Origin: Dehalococcoidia bacterium
GTDB taxonomy: Bacteria; Chloroflexota; Dehalococcoidia; Lucifugimonadales; UBA3495
Length of the DNA stretch: 64,000 nucleotides
Reading direction: 5' to 3'
NCBI GenBank assembly: GCA_034423115.1
Contig: DAOUJD010000064.1
Coordinates: forward strand, 9,799-73,798
Below the pieces are notes generated by a model, which saw only the letters and a list, made by a program, of their open reading frames with translations, was not told the DNA's origin and did no database searches. Every line of letters starts with the position of its first letter. Positions within the stretch are counted from its first letter, which is position 1. This document shows, in pieces, positions 26,260-35,851 of the stretch. A program made the translations under genes and the position numbers.

Positions 26260-28650
26260 GTGATGAGAATCCGACCCAAACTCCCCATGGTTTCAGCAGT
26301 TTTACTCGCCGCGATCCTGGCCGCCACGGCCGGATGGCTGGCGTTGAATACTACGGCGCGTGCTCAGACGACTTTGCCCGCGCCTGCCGATGTCAGTGCA
26401 GTGAATGGCGACGATTCCGGCCAGGTTGTGGTGTCGTGGGACGCGGTGGATGGGGCTTCGAGTTATAGCGTCCGTTGGGTCAACCTCGGGGCGGCTTGGG
26501 ATGCATATCGCGCCGGACTGGAGTGGCAGAAACTCATCCAGTCGGTTGATATTGCAGACAGCGGAGATACCACCAACACCTTGACCGTCAACAACCTAAC
26601 GCCGGGAACTCAGTACTCATTTGGAGTGGGGAGCAAAAACACCGCCGGGGCAAACCCAAATTGGTCCTCTTGGGTGTCGTTCACTCCAGCAGGGGATGAC
26701 GGCACCACCGACGTCCAGGATATGGTCCATTTGCAGTCCGCTGCGTTGGCGCTCGCCCAGAATGCCAACGCGCTGGTGGGCGTCGGATCGGTCCCGACCG
26801 ACGCGAGCATGACGCGAGCTTCCATTGGTCAAGACATGGCCGCGGTTGGGAGACTCAAAGGCACGCTCAACACGGAGCTGGCGATCCTCAAGGCCAAGGG
26901 TCCTGAACGCCGGGTCGGCTACATCGAGGCGCAGGTGGGGCGGTTGGTCGCAAACGTGGACGCGATCCAGCAGGGCCGGGGACCTTTACTGCTCGCATTG
27001 CAGGCCGAAGGGGAAAGCCGGTTGGAGTTGACCCGGAACAATAGCGCAGTGCTGTTCCCGAGAACCGGCGCCAGCGTGGACATGCAGTTCTACGACTTGG
27101 TAACCGACGCCGACGGCAACGTGTCTGCGGAAGACATACTGCAATACGTGCACACGGAGAGCCTGGGCGCAAACGCAACATTGGGGCATACCCTACTGCT
27201 GGTGGCGAGCCTCATGCAAGATCCAACGTTTGTAGCGCGCATCCAGGAGGCATACGATTCCGTCGGTGGGCGCGTTGACCGAGACGTTGAATATCTGCGC
27301 GCAAATCGCCCCGAAGGATTGAGTGACAGGGTTCTTGAATTGGCTGAAAACGTGCGCGACGCCGGGGGCGGAGATCTTGACTACTTTGACCGCCTGGTCG
27401 CCCGGCTCGAACTGGTCGTAAATGAAAGGGACCTGATCGAGGAGAATACGGAAATTCTTGATGATCTGCTGGAGCAGATTGACCATCTGTCTTCGGAAGT
27501 TCGGGGCGCTGACGTGCCGGCGGTGCCTGCTAGGGACATGGAGGACACCGGCGATCCAGGAATAACCGACAACGAAATACTTTTCGGGCAGTCGGCTGCA
27601 TTGATGGGGTCCAATCAGGCTCTAGGCAAAGGAATGCAGATCGGAATCGAGGCAGCATTCAAGGAAGCGAATGATGCCGGCGGTGTCTACGGACGCCAAC
27701 TGAAACTCACGACGATGGATGACAGGTATGAGCCCGACGCGGCGTTTGCGAACACGTTGGAGTTCGTTGAGGGTGACAACCCGGTATTCGCGCTGATCGG
27801 GGCTGTTGGTACGCCCACGTCCCGGGCCGCGTTGCCCGTGGCCCAGGATGCCGGCGTGCCTTTTGTCGGCGCGTTCACCGGAGCCCAGTTGCTGCGCGAC
27901 GATGAGTTGACCAACGTGCTCAATTACCGCGCGTCGTATTACGACGAGACCAGGGAAATGGTGGAAAGCCTCAGCGATGCGGGCGTCACCAAAGTGGCGG
28001 TGCTGTATCAGAACGACTCATACGGCGTCGATGGGCTCAGCGGTGTAGAAGCAGCGCTCGCGGAACAGGACGGTATGGAACTGGTGGCATCCTGGTACTA
28101 TCGGCGTAACACCAGCGCCGTGGAGTCTGCGGCGTACCGGATCTCTGAGCAGGATCCGGAAGCGGTCATCATCGTGGGCACATCTGCGCCTGCTGCGAAT
28201 ATCATAAAGAAGCTGCGAATGAAGATGGACCCGGACCCGACCTTCCTGGCGGTTTCGTTTGTCGGCAGCAACGCCTTGGTCAACGCATTGGGTAATGAAG
28301 GCGCAGGCGTCTACGTGACCCAAGTCGTTCCTTTGCCAAGCGATTCAAGCAACGCCGTGGTTGCCAAATACCGCGCCGCCCTGACTGCCTACGATTCTGG
28401 AGCGGAACATGGGTTCATCTCTCTTGAGGGTTATCTCGCGGGACGCATGGCTATATCGCGCTTGCAGGCCTGCGGCGCCAACGTGAGCCGGGAATGTTTC
28501 CTCGATGTCCAGGGTGCTACCACGACCATTGATATCGATGGACTCTCACTCACATTCGGGCCTGGCGACAACCAGGGGTCAGACACTGTCTTCCTGACCG
28601 TGATCGGCGCTGATGGAGAGTACGATCAGGTCAACGCCATCACACGTTAA
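26260..28650 (+). CDS. secreted multidomain protein: signal peptide, FN3 domain, ~280-aa helical region, C-terminal LivJ-like binding domain
   Basis: FN3-like SAVNGDDSGQVVVSWDAVDGASSYSVRW..LTPGTQYSFGV (aa ~40-145). From aa ~431 the protein is paralogous to 24576..25847 (GITDNEILFGQSAALMGSNQALGKGMQIGIEAAF). Confidence 0.8.
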   Translation: MMRIRPKLPMVSAVLLAAILAATAGWLALNTTARAQTTLPAPADVSAVNGDDSGQVVVSWDAVDGASSYSVRWVNLGAAWDAYRAGLEWQKLIQSVDIADSGDTTNTLTVNNLTPGTQYSFGVGSKNTAGANPNWSSWVSFTPAGDDGTTDVQDMVHLQSAALALAQNANALVGVGSVPTDASMTRASIGQDMAAVGRLKGTLNTELAILKAKGPERRVGYIEAQVGRLVANVDAIQQGRGPLLLALQAEGESRLELTRNNSAVLFPRTGASVDMQFYDLVTDADGNVSAEDILQYVHTESLGANATLGHTLLLVASLMQDPTFVARIQEAYDSVGGRVDRDVEYLRANRPEGLSDRVLELAENVRDAGGGDLDYFDRLVARLELVVNERDLIEENTEILDDLLEQIDHLSSEVRGADVPAVPARDMEDTGDPGITDNEILFGQSAALMGSNQALGKGMQIGIEAAFKEANDAGGVYGRQLKLTTMDDRYEPDAAFANTLEFVEGDNPVFALIGAVGTPTSRAALPVAQDAGVPFVGAFTGAQLLRDDELTNVLNYRASYYDETREMVESLSDAGVTKVAVLYQNDSYGVDGLSGVEAALAEQDGMELVASWYYRRNTSAVESAAYRISEQDPEAVIIVGTSAPAANIIKKLRMKMDPDPTFLAVSFVGSNALVNALGNEGAGVYVTQVVPLPSDSSNAVVAKYRAALTAYDSGAEHGFISLEGYLAGRMAISRLQACGANVSRECFLDVQGATTTIDIDGLSLTFGPGDNQGSDTVFLTVIGADGEYDQVNAITR

Positions 28651-28706
28651 CTTTGATGGGCGTTTCCAAAAACGCTGACCCCGTTGTCGGACGTTTGCGG
28701 AAATCG

Positions 28707-28734
28707 GTCGGACATTGCCTTGGCAGTGTCCGAC
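28707..28734. terminator. 11-bp hairpin between convergent genes (possible bidirectional terminator)
   Basis: GTCGGACATTG / CAGTGTCCGAC (one G-U) with a 6-nt loop. No clean U-tract on either strand. Confidence 0.35.
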
Positions 28735-28825
28735 CGTTGCTTGTCAATCGACTAACCGAGTCGGAAAGCGCACCGACTGTGTGGATTCCCCGCAGCACAC
28801 AAGTGTCGCGGGGAGTGTTTTCCGT

Positions 28826-30421
28826 TCAGCCCTCGTACACGGTATGTCCGCCGACTATCGTTCGTTCGATGGGAATATCCTTGATCCCAAAGGGGTCGAT
28901 AGCCGTCGGGTCGGCGCCCAGCACCACCAGGTCAGCCAGTTTGCCGACCTCGATGCTGCCCTTCAGGTTCTCTTCGAACCCAGCATAGGCGCCGTTGAAG
29001 GTGTAGATGCGTAGGGCGTCCTCCACCGATATGCGCTGATTCATCCCCCATTCGCGCCCCTCGCTGTCGGTTCGGGTAACGCAGCTCTGGATGCCCATGA
29101 GCGGTTCGAAGGGACCGGGTGGGTAGTCGGTGGCGCCGGTGGACATGACCTTGTAGTCCATGAATGAACGCTGGGCGAACATCCACTGCAAGCGTTCCTC
29201 GCCATAGAACTGCATCTTCTCGCCGTGGTAGTACACATAGGTGCAAAACGGTGTCGCCACCGTGCCCAGTTTGTTCATTCGAGTGAGCAGGTCGTGATTG
29301 ACCAGTGTGCAGTGCTCGACACGGTGTCGCGGGTCGGGCCGGGGGTCGCCGGCCTGTGCGGCTTCGTAGGCTTTGAGCACCAGGTCGATGGTGGAGTCCC
29401 CGTTGGCATGGATGCACACCTGAAAGCCGGCGGCGTGCATCTGCATGACGTTTTCCAGGATCTCATCCTCGGTCATGGTCAGGATGCCGTGGTCGCAGCA
29501 GCTGCCGACGTACGGCTCGGAAAGATAGGCCGTCCGTGATGCTATAGCGCCATCGGCAACCATCTTGATGCCCCCGATGCGTAAGCGATCATCGCCCATA
29601 CCGGATCGAATACCGGCGTCTCGCAACGCCGGGAAGTAGCGGTACCACATGAGCGCATAGACACGCAGGCTCAAGTCGCCGGAGTCGCGGCCTTCCTGGT
29701 AAGTCTGCAGTTCGTAGTCGGTTACCCGCGCATCGTGCACGCTGGTCAAGCCGGCGCGGTTTAGCATCTCGCAGATGACCCGCAGGCCTTCCCTGCGGGT
29801 ATCGGCGGACTCTACCGGAAGTTGGTTTTCCCGGATGTCGTCAACGGCGCGTTCGTAAATCACGCCGTTCAACCTGCCGGTGTCGGGATTGCGCCCGAGG
29901 CGTCCGCCCGGTGGGTCCGGTGATTCATCATGGAACCCGCCCCGTTCCAGCGCCAGTGTATTACCGAAGTACACGTGGCCGGCGCGGTGGGATACCAATA
30001 CGGGATGGTCGGTGCTGACCGCGTCCAGGTCTTCCCGACGCAGGAACCGATTTTCGGTGGTCTTGGTGTCATCGAACTTGAACCCCTGCACCCAGTGGCC
30101 GGCCGGTGTTACGGCAACTCGTTCCCGAAGGGCCTGTTGGATGTCTGAGATGGTTGGCAGCGCACAATCGGCAGCCATCACGTGGCGCGTTCCGCTGCTG
30201 AGCACATGGATGTGTGCGTCTATGAAACCCGGCAGCACCGTTTTTCCGGGCAATTCAATGATTTTCGTGGCGGGCCCGATCAGCGTTTCCACGTCGGAGT
30301 CTGACCCGACGCCGATGAACCGCCCGTCCCGCATGGCCACTGCGGTAGCCCTCGGTTGGTCTGGATCGATGGTGATGACGTTGGCGCGGCGGATCACCGT
30401 ATCTGCATGGTACGCGGCCAT
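28826..30421 (-). CDS. amidohydrolase-3 family metal-dependent hydrolase
   Basis: LPGFIDAHIHV (HxH), HANGD, and C-terminal GSIEVGKLADLVVL motifs. Confidence 0.85.
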   Translation of the reverse strand: MAAYHADTVIRRANVITIDPDQPRATAVAMRDGRFIGVGSDSDVETLIGPATKIIELPGKTVLPGFIDAHIHVLSSGTRHVMAADCALPTISDIQQALRERVAVTPAGHWVQGFKFDDTKTTENRFLRREDLDAVSTDHPVLVSHRAGHVYFGNTLALERGGFHDESPDPPGGRLGRNPDTGRLNGVIYERAVDDIRENQLPVESADTRREGLRVICEMLNRAGLTSVHDARVTDYELQTYQEGRDSGDLSLRVYALMWYRYFPALRDAGIRSGMGDDRLRIGGIKMVADGAIASRTAYLSEPYVGSCCDHGILTMTEDEILENVMQMHAAGFQVCIHANGDSTIDLVLKAYEAAQAGDPRPDPRHRVEHCTLVNHDLLTRMNKLGTVATPFCTYVYYHGEKMQFYGEERLQWMFAQRSFMDYKVMSTGATDYPPGPFEPLMGIQSCVTRTDSEGREWGMNQRISVEDALRIYTFNGAYAGFEENLKGSIEVGKLADLVVLGADPTAIDPFGIKDIPIERTIVGGHTVYEG

Positions 30422-30436
30422 TGGTTGCTCCTTCGG

Positions 30437-31534
30437 TTAGCTGACTGGGACTATTGCCACGTGAATGCTGGGGACGCCGGCTTCGCCACTCAGCGTGGCC
30501 AAAGCGTGTTCCGCCTGCTCGATGGGAAAGCTGTGTGTATGCAGGCGTTCCATCGGGTATTTGCGCGAATGGATCGTGTCCACGGCGCGGCGAAATGCGG
30601 AATATTCAACCCCCAGCACCCCACGCAGAGTGATCTTTTTCCAGATGATGTCGTCCGGCGACAATCCTTCAAACGCTCTGCGTCCCTTCAAACCGGCGAG
30701 CACCACGGTTCCTCCAGGCTTCACCATTTGGATGGCCTGGTTCACCGCCCCCACCGCGTACGGCGTGGTATCAACTACGCAGTCCACGCCCGCGCCGTCA
30801 GTTGCCGCCAGAACTCGATCGACCGGGTCTTCACCATCCACGTTGATGGCAATGTCGGCGCCCATTTCTCGAGCCAAGGCCAGTTTGTGCTCGTCCCTCC
30901 CCAAGCCCGTGATAGCGACTATAGAGGCTCCGGACTCCTTGGCGGCGATGGCAGAGCAGATGCCGCGCTGGCCGGAACCCAGCACAGCCAGGGTTTGACC
31001 TGGCTGTAATCCCGTGGCGTCCACACCCCAGGCGAACCCGGCGCCCAACGGGTTGAACATGACGGCCACTGCGGGATCCAGGTCGCCGTCCATGGGGAAC
31101 ACTACCGATCCTGCTGGCAGGTACAGGTACTCCGAATAGCCACCCCAAAGACCGGGCGATTTGTCCAAACCAGTCTGCCCGAATCCGCCCGCGGTCGGGC
31201 ACGGTTCGGTCCCACCGTCGTCGCAGGCCGCGCAACGACCGCAGCGATAGCCTGACCGCACTGCGACCCGGTCGCCGATCCCCACTCCCCAACGCTCCGA
31301 CGCCTGCGGGCCAATAGCGGCGATGCGACCCAGCGGTTCATGTCCGAGGATTATCGGGTATGGAATGTCCAGATCTCCACGGAACCACTCGTAATCCGTG
31401 CCGCAAATGCCTGTGGCTTCGATCCTTACGATGGCTTCGTCGTCGCTAATCTCGGGGATGTCGAGGTTCCTGATCTCCATCACGTTGGGAGCGGTAGCAA
31501 CGGCGGCGAGGGATTGTTGCGGCAAGGTGGTCAT
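30437..31534 (-). CDS. zinc-binding MDR-family alcohol dehydrogenase
   Basis: CGTDYEW, GHEPLGRIAAIG, structural-Zn cysteines CGRCAAC, Rossmann LGSGQRG. Confidence 0.85.
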   Translation of the reverse strand: MTTLPQQSLAAVATAPNVMEIRNLDIPEISDDEAIVRIEATGICGTDYEWFRGDLDIPYPIILGHEPLGRIAAIGPQASERWGVGIGDRVAVRSGYRCGRCAACDDGGTEPCPTAGGFGQTGLDKSPGLWGGYSEYLYLPAGSVVFPMDGDLDPAVAVMFNPLGAGFAWGVDATGLQPGQTLAVLGSGQRGICSAIAAKESGASIVAITGLGRDEHKLALAREMGADIAINVDGEDPVDRVLAATDGAGVDCVVDTTPYAVGAVNQAIQMVKPGGTVVLAGLKGRRAFEGLSPDDIIWKKITLRGVLGVEYSAFRRAVDTIHSRKYPMERLHTHSFPIEQAEHALATLSGEAGVPSIHVAIVPVS

Positions 31535-31541
31535 GGATGCC

Positions 31542-32294
31542 TCACTTGGCGGTGTACCCGCCGTCGATAACGAGTTCGCTGCCGGTCATGAACGACGATT
31601 CATCTGACGCAAGAAACAACGCGCCATACGAGATATCCTCGGTGGTGCCGACACGCCCCAACGGGATTTGGTCGACGCGAGCCTGGATTTCCTCGGGAGT
31701 CTGGCTGGTGAGGCCGTCGCGCCGCATATCGGTAACAACGGAGCCGGGGTGGATGGAGTTGGCGCGAATGTTGTCGGCCGCGTGTTGAATAGCGGTGGAC
31801 TTGGTGAACAGGCGGACGGCTCCCTTGGTGGCGATGTAGGCCGGCGGCCCGATGGACACTAACCCGCTGATGGACGATATGTTGATTATGCTGCCACCGC
31901 CGGCTCGCCGCATGGCCGGTATTGCCGCTCTTGTTCCCAGGAACACGCCCTTAGCGTTGACATCCATGATGTTGTCCCAGTCTTCGCCCGTAGTTTCCTC
32001 GATGTTCTTGCGTAGCACGATAGCCGCGTTGTTCACCAGGACGTCCACTTTGCCAAACCGATCCTCGGCCGTTTGGATGGCGAGATCCCAATCGTCCAGA
32101 CTGGTCACATCCAGGTGCAGGTAGACCGCCTCACCGCCCAACTCGCGGATCTCGGCTTCCACCTGCATTCCGAGTTCGTCGCGAACGTCGCCGATCACCA
32201 CTTTGGCCCCTTCCTGGGCAAACATCCTGGCCTCGGTGGCTCCCTGTCCTCGAGCTCCGCCAGTGATGATTGCGACTTTGCCTTCCAACCTCAT
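31542..32294 (-). CDS. SDR-family oxidoreductase
   Basis: TGGARGQG, NNAA, YIATKGAV (YxxxK). Confidence 0.9.
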   Translation of the reverse strand: MRLEGKVAIITGGARGQGATEARMFAQEGAKVVIGDVRDELGMQVEAEIRELGGEAVYLHLDVTSLDDWDLAIQTAEDRFGKVDVLVNNAAIVLRKNIEETTGEDWDNIMDVNAKGVFLGTRAAIPAMRRAGGGSIINISSISGLVSIGPPAYIATKGAVRLFTKSTAIQHAADNIRANSIHPGSVVTDMRRDGLTSQTPEEIQARVDQIPLGRVGTTEDISYGALFLASDESSFMTGSELVIDGGYTAK

Positions 32295-32704
32295 GGTGAT
32301 TCCTCCTGATGAATGCGCTCAATTGAAACCAGCGCTGCGTCATTCCGACGGTACAGGACCCTGAAATATGCGGATAAACCGGTGCAAAGACCGGTTACTC
32401 CAATCAACGTCAACGTGAACAGGGCAGTTATATTGGAAAAACCAATTGTATCTGTAGAGGCGTCACTAACAGCATTGTTCTGTCGCTCGCCGGGAGCACT
32501 AATCGGTTCCGTTGGAATTTCGAATACTTGATCTACTGCGAAGGTGAAAGTGAGGGTAGCAATCGCTAAGCCGATGCCCAACCAAAACCGGCACCAACTG
32601 ACATTACGGTCATAGGACCTGGTCAGTCGCGATGTTTCAACCTGGGCCACTGTTGCGGAACCAAAGCACGAAAAACGTATAGCCGGCGACGGTCGCAAGA
32701 ACAA
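32291..32704 (-). CDS. hypothetical membrane protein (low-GC patch)
   Basis: Two hydrophobic helices. Start uncertain. Overlaps the SDR start by 4 nt and the upstream small ORF. Confidence 0.35.
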   Translation of the reverse strand: MFLRPSPAIRFSCFGSATVAQVETSRLTRSYDRNVSWCRFWLGIGLAIATLTFTFAVDQVFEIPTEPISAPGERQNNAVSDASTDTIGFSNITALFTLTLIGVTGLCTGLSAYFRVLYRRNDAALVSIERIHQEESP

Positions 32705-32855
32705 GACCGGCGACTCCGTATACCGTTAGAGCCACAAGGAACTCATTCGTTCCCGACTTGTAAGCGATTGTGACGAGTTCAACCCAGGCCCATGAACCCA
32801 GGAGCAAAATCGCTATCAACCCTACGAAGAGAATGCTAATCCTTGCTGGACTCAT
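32637..32855 (-). CDS. hypothetical small membrane protein (low-GC patch)
   Basis: 72 aa with two clear TM helices. Confidence 0.4.
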   Translation of the reverse strand: MSPARISILFVGLIAILLLGSWAWVELVTIAYKSGTNEFLVALTVYGVAGLVLATVAGYTFFVLWFRNSGPG

Positions 32856-32925
32856 CTCCGACTTCCCAATGATCCTTTCTGAATCTTACACGCAGCTTGA
32901 AAACATCATACGGGAGTGGGCCGAC

Positions 32926-33861
32926 TCAAGCCAATCCAGCAATCGTACGCTCGCCGAACTCCGGCCTGACGATGCGCTCGTAGGGATGTGGGTTGCGCAC
33001 CAACCTTCCGGCGATCAGTGCATCACGCATGCGGGAGAAGCCATCCTCCCCGATCATGGGGTCGGTGGCCCACACGCCGGCGGCTTTGTAACGGCGCACG
33101 CCGTCGGACACCAGGGCACGATCATACTCTGGGAAAACCGGCGCGATGCACTCCGCTACGGCTTCCGGTTCGTTCTGCGCGACCCATCGTTGGGCTCGGG
33201 CGTAGCCGTTCACGAATCGTTGAACCGTTTCGGGGTTTTCTGCGACGTAGGCCGGCGTAGCAGCGAAACTGCTGTAGCAAACATATCCACTCTCGTTGCC
33301 CAGCGTTACTGCCACGTGCCCGGCGCCCTCCCTTACTAGTTGGCCGGCGAAGGGGTAAGGGACCTGTAGGTAGTCCGCGTCGCCGGCACGGAAGCGGGCC
33401 AGCATTTCCTCCGCAGGCAGACCGCCCAACAAGTTGACGCTGGCGGGATCCACGCCGTGCCACCGCATCGCCGCTTGCAAGGTGGTGTAGGGCACCGGGG
33501 TGAAACCGACGGGAATCAACGTGGCGCCCTCCAGGTCCGCCCACGTCCAACCGTCGGTGGGCTGTTTGGACAGCAGGAAAAACCCGTCTCGCTGGTTGAT
33601 CTCAGCGATGTGCTGCGGCGGTGTGTCGCTGCCGGCGTCCAGATCCATGAAGCTGCGACTGATCCCGCTCTGGGTGATGTCAATGTCGCCGGCCTTGAGC
33701 AGGTCAGTGCTGGATTGGCCCGCGGGAATGTGGGAGAAGTCGATGTCGAGCCCCTCGGCGGCTAGGAACCCGCCTTCGACCGCTACGTATATCGTGGTGT
33801 AGAACATATTGCGGAATGCCACCCGCAGACGGATCCGTTCGGGATTTGCGTTTGAGGTCAT
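32926..33861 (-). CDS. NMT1/THI5-like (NitT/TauT-type) substrate-binding-fold protein without signal peptide
   Basis: Length and pattern (FYTTIYVAVEGGFLAAEGLDI, DITQSGISRS) recall the NMT1/SsuA-like family. No N-terminal signal is visible. Confidence 0.55.
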   Translation of the reverse strand: MTSNANPERIRLRVAFRNMFYTTIYVAVEGGFLAAEGLDIDFSHIPAGQSSTDLLKAGDIDITQSGISRSFMDLDAGSDTPPQHIAEINQRDGFFLLSKQPTDGWTWADLEGATLIPVGFTPVPYTTLQAAMRWHGVDPASVNLLGGLPAEEMLARFRAGDADYLQVPYPFAGQLVREGAGHVAVTLGNESGYVCYSSFAATPAYVAENPETVQRFVNGYARAQRWVAQNEPEAVAECIAPVFPEYDRALVSDGVRRYKAAGVWATDPMIGEDGFSRMRDALIAGRLVRNPHPYERIVRPEFGERTIAGLA

Positions 33862-33885
33862 ATTTCTACTCCGTATTGCTACTAA

Positions 33886-35841
33886 CTAGATCGCCACCGG
33901 GAGGCGCAGGTCGCCGCTGGTGAGCACCGCTACGCCATCCTCACGGACGTACTCCACGTTGCCGCCTTCGAATTGTTCGTCATAGAGTCGAGCGTATAAA
34001 CCGCCAAGGGCCAGTAGCTCGTAGTGGGTCCCGTGTTCTACAACGCGGCCCCGGTCGATGACGAAAATCGCGTCGGCGTTCATGATGGTTGAGAGCCGGT
34101 GTGCGATTGCTATGGTGGTTCGTCCTCTCATTAAGGGTTGCAACGCCGCCTGGACGTACCGCTCGCTGGTAGTGTCGAGAGACGAGGTTGCCTCGTCCAA
34201 GATCAGCAATCTCGGGTCGTGCAGGATGACGCGGGCGATAGACAGCCGTTGACGCTCTCCGCCGGACATACGGTAACCGCGCTCGCCCACCACGGTGTCG
34301 TAGCCATTGGGGAATTCCATGATGCGATCGTGGATGTAGGCTGCTTTAGCAGCGTCGTGGAGTTGCCGCTCGGTGGCTTCCGGGTTGCCGTACAACAGGT
34401 TTTCGCGTATCGACGCGTGGAAGAGATAACTTTCCTGGGACACGTAGCCGATCATGCGGGCCAGGCTTTGCATCTTGATGCGCCGCACGTCAATGCCATC
34501 GATGCTGACTTCGCCCGATGTGGCGTCGTATAGTCGCGGTATCAGGTAGGAAACGGTTGTCTTGCCGGCGCCGCTGGGACCGACCAGCGCGGCCAGTTGC
34601 CCGGGCCTGACCTCGAGGTTGACCCCATCCAGGGCCCAGAAGTCGTGGCCGTTGGTTTCTATTTCGTACGCCTGAGAGAGCAGTGTGGCGGGATGGTAGT
34701 TCATCCGCACGTCGCGCAACGTCACCCGGCCCGCGACACGCTCGACCGGAATGTCGACCGCGTCGGGCGCGTCCGCGATGTCGGGCCGGATGTCCAGGTA
34801 TGCGAAAATGCGCTCGAACAAAGCCAGGGAAGACTGCAATTCGACCGACGTGCGCAGCAACGTGCTGATGGGGAAGTAAAGGCGCGCCTGCAGAGTGGTA
34901 AAGGCCACGATGGTACCCGCGGTTATGCCACCTGGTCCGAACCCGCCGAACAGGATGTAGCCGGCGAGGACATACACGACTACGGGAGTCAGCGAGTAGA
35001 AAATTTGCATGCCGGCCCAGACCTTCTGGCCAGTCATTTCCCGACGAATCTCCAGGTCGGACAACCGTACATTTTGATCGTGGAACCGCGAGATCTCCCG
35101 ATTTTGAGCGCCGAACAACCGCGTCAGCATCACGCCCGATACGGAAAGTGTTTCCTGAGTCATCGCGGTCATTTCGGCCGTGGATTCCTGTACCAACGCT
35201 GACGCCGCACGCCTTCTTTTCCCCACCATGTAGCTGAAAACGGCGAATAGAGGGGTGATGCCGACCGCAACTATGGTCAACTGCCAGGAAAGCACCGACA
35301 TCGCGATCAGGGTGCTGATCAGGATGACCACATTGGAAAGGATGGTGCTGACCGTGTTGGTAACCACCACCCGGATGCCGGCTACATCGTTTGCGACGCG
35401 GCTCTGTATCTCGCCCGTCTTCTGGGAAGTGAAAAATCCGAGCGACAACGATTGGAGGTGTGAGTACAACTGGTCTCGCAGGTCTCGCATGACCCGCTGC
35501 CCTAACTGTTGGGTCAGCCAGGTCTGTACTACCCCCAAGCTGCCAGTCACGACCACCACCCCCGCCATGGTGGCGGCAAGGGTCCACAGGAGACGCAAAT
35601 CGGGGCCGCCTTCAGGGAACAGCGCGGAGTCGAACACCACGCGTATCAGGATCGGGTTCACCACCCCCAACCCAGCGGTAATCAGAATCAGAAAGCCGAT
35701 CGCGAGAACCTGCGGCCAATATGGCTGAAAAGCTCCCGCGATTCGCCGATGAAGATTGGGCACGCGCCGGCTGGGTCGGCTCCGGTCCGCAGTTGCAGAT
35801 CGGCGTGGCCCGTGGGGTACGTTGTCGCGCACGGGGCGCAT
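33886..35841 (-). CDS. ABC exporter, fused permease/ATPase (MsbA-like)
   Basis: Six-TM domain plus Walker A GPSGAGKTT, signature MSGGERQR, Walker B LILDEATS. Confidence 0.9.
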   Translation of the reverse strand: MRPVRDNVPHGPRRSATADRSRPSRRVPNLHRRIAGAFQPYWPQVLAIGFLILITAGLGVVNPILIRVVFDSALFPEGGPDLRLLWTLAATMAGVVVVTGSLGVVQTWLTQQLGQRVMRDLRDQLYSHLQSLSLGFFTSQKTGEIQSRVANDVAGIRVVVTNTVSTILSNVVILISTLIAMSVLSWQLTIVAVGITPLFAVFSYMVGKRRRAASALVQESTAEMTAMTQETLSVSGVMLTRLFGAQNREISRFHDQNVRLSDLEIRREMTGQKVWAGMQIFYSLTPVVVYVLAGYILFGGFGPGGITAGTIVAFTTLQARLYFPISTLLRTSVELQSSLALFERIFAYLDIRPDIADAPDAVDIPVERVAGRVTLRDVRMNYHPATLLSQAYEIETNGHDFWALDGVNLEVRPGQLAALVGPSGAGKTTVSYLIPRLYDATSGEVSIDGIDVRRIKMQSLARMIGYVSQESYLFHASIRENLLYGNPEATERQLHDAAKAAYIHDRIMEFPNGYDTVVGERGYRMSGGERQRLSIARVILHDPRLLILDEATSSLDTTSERYVQAALQPLMRGRTTIAIAHRLSTIMNADAIFVIDRGRVVEHGTHYELLALGGLYARLYDEQFEGGNVEYVREDGVAVLTSGDLRLPVAI

Positions 35842-35851
35842 TGCGCGCCGC

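Noticed and set aside
25986-26327. 113-aa minus-strand ORF in the gap before the FN3-SBP gene.
   Set aside because: Its 5' third overlaps the signal-peptide region and RBS of the well-supported plus-strand gene at 26260. It has no SD and I recognised no family. The C-terminal part (..GNEWYRCANPDNRVVISYCG..) might be a real micro-protein, but I cannot support it.
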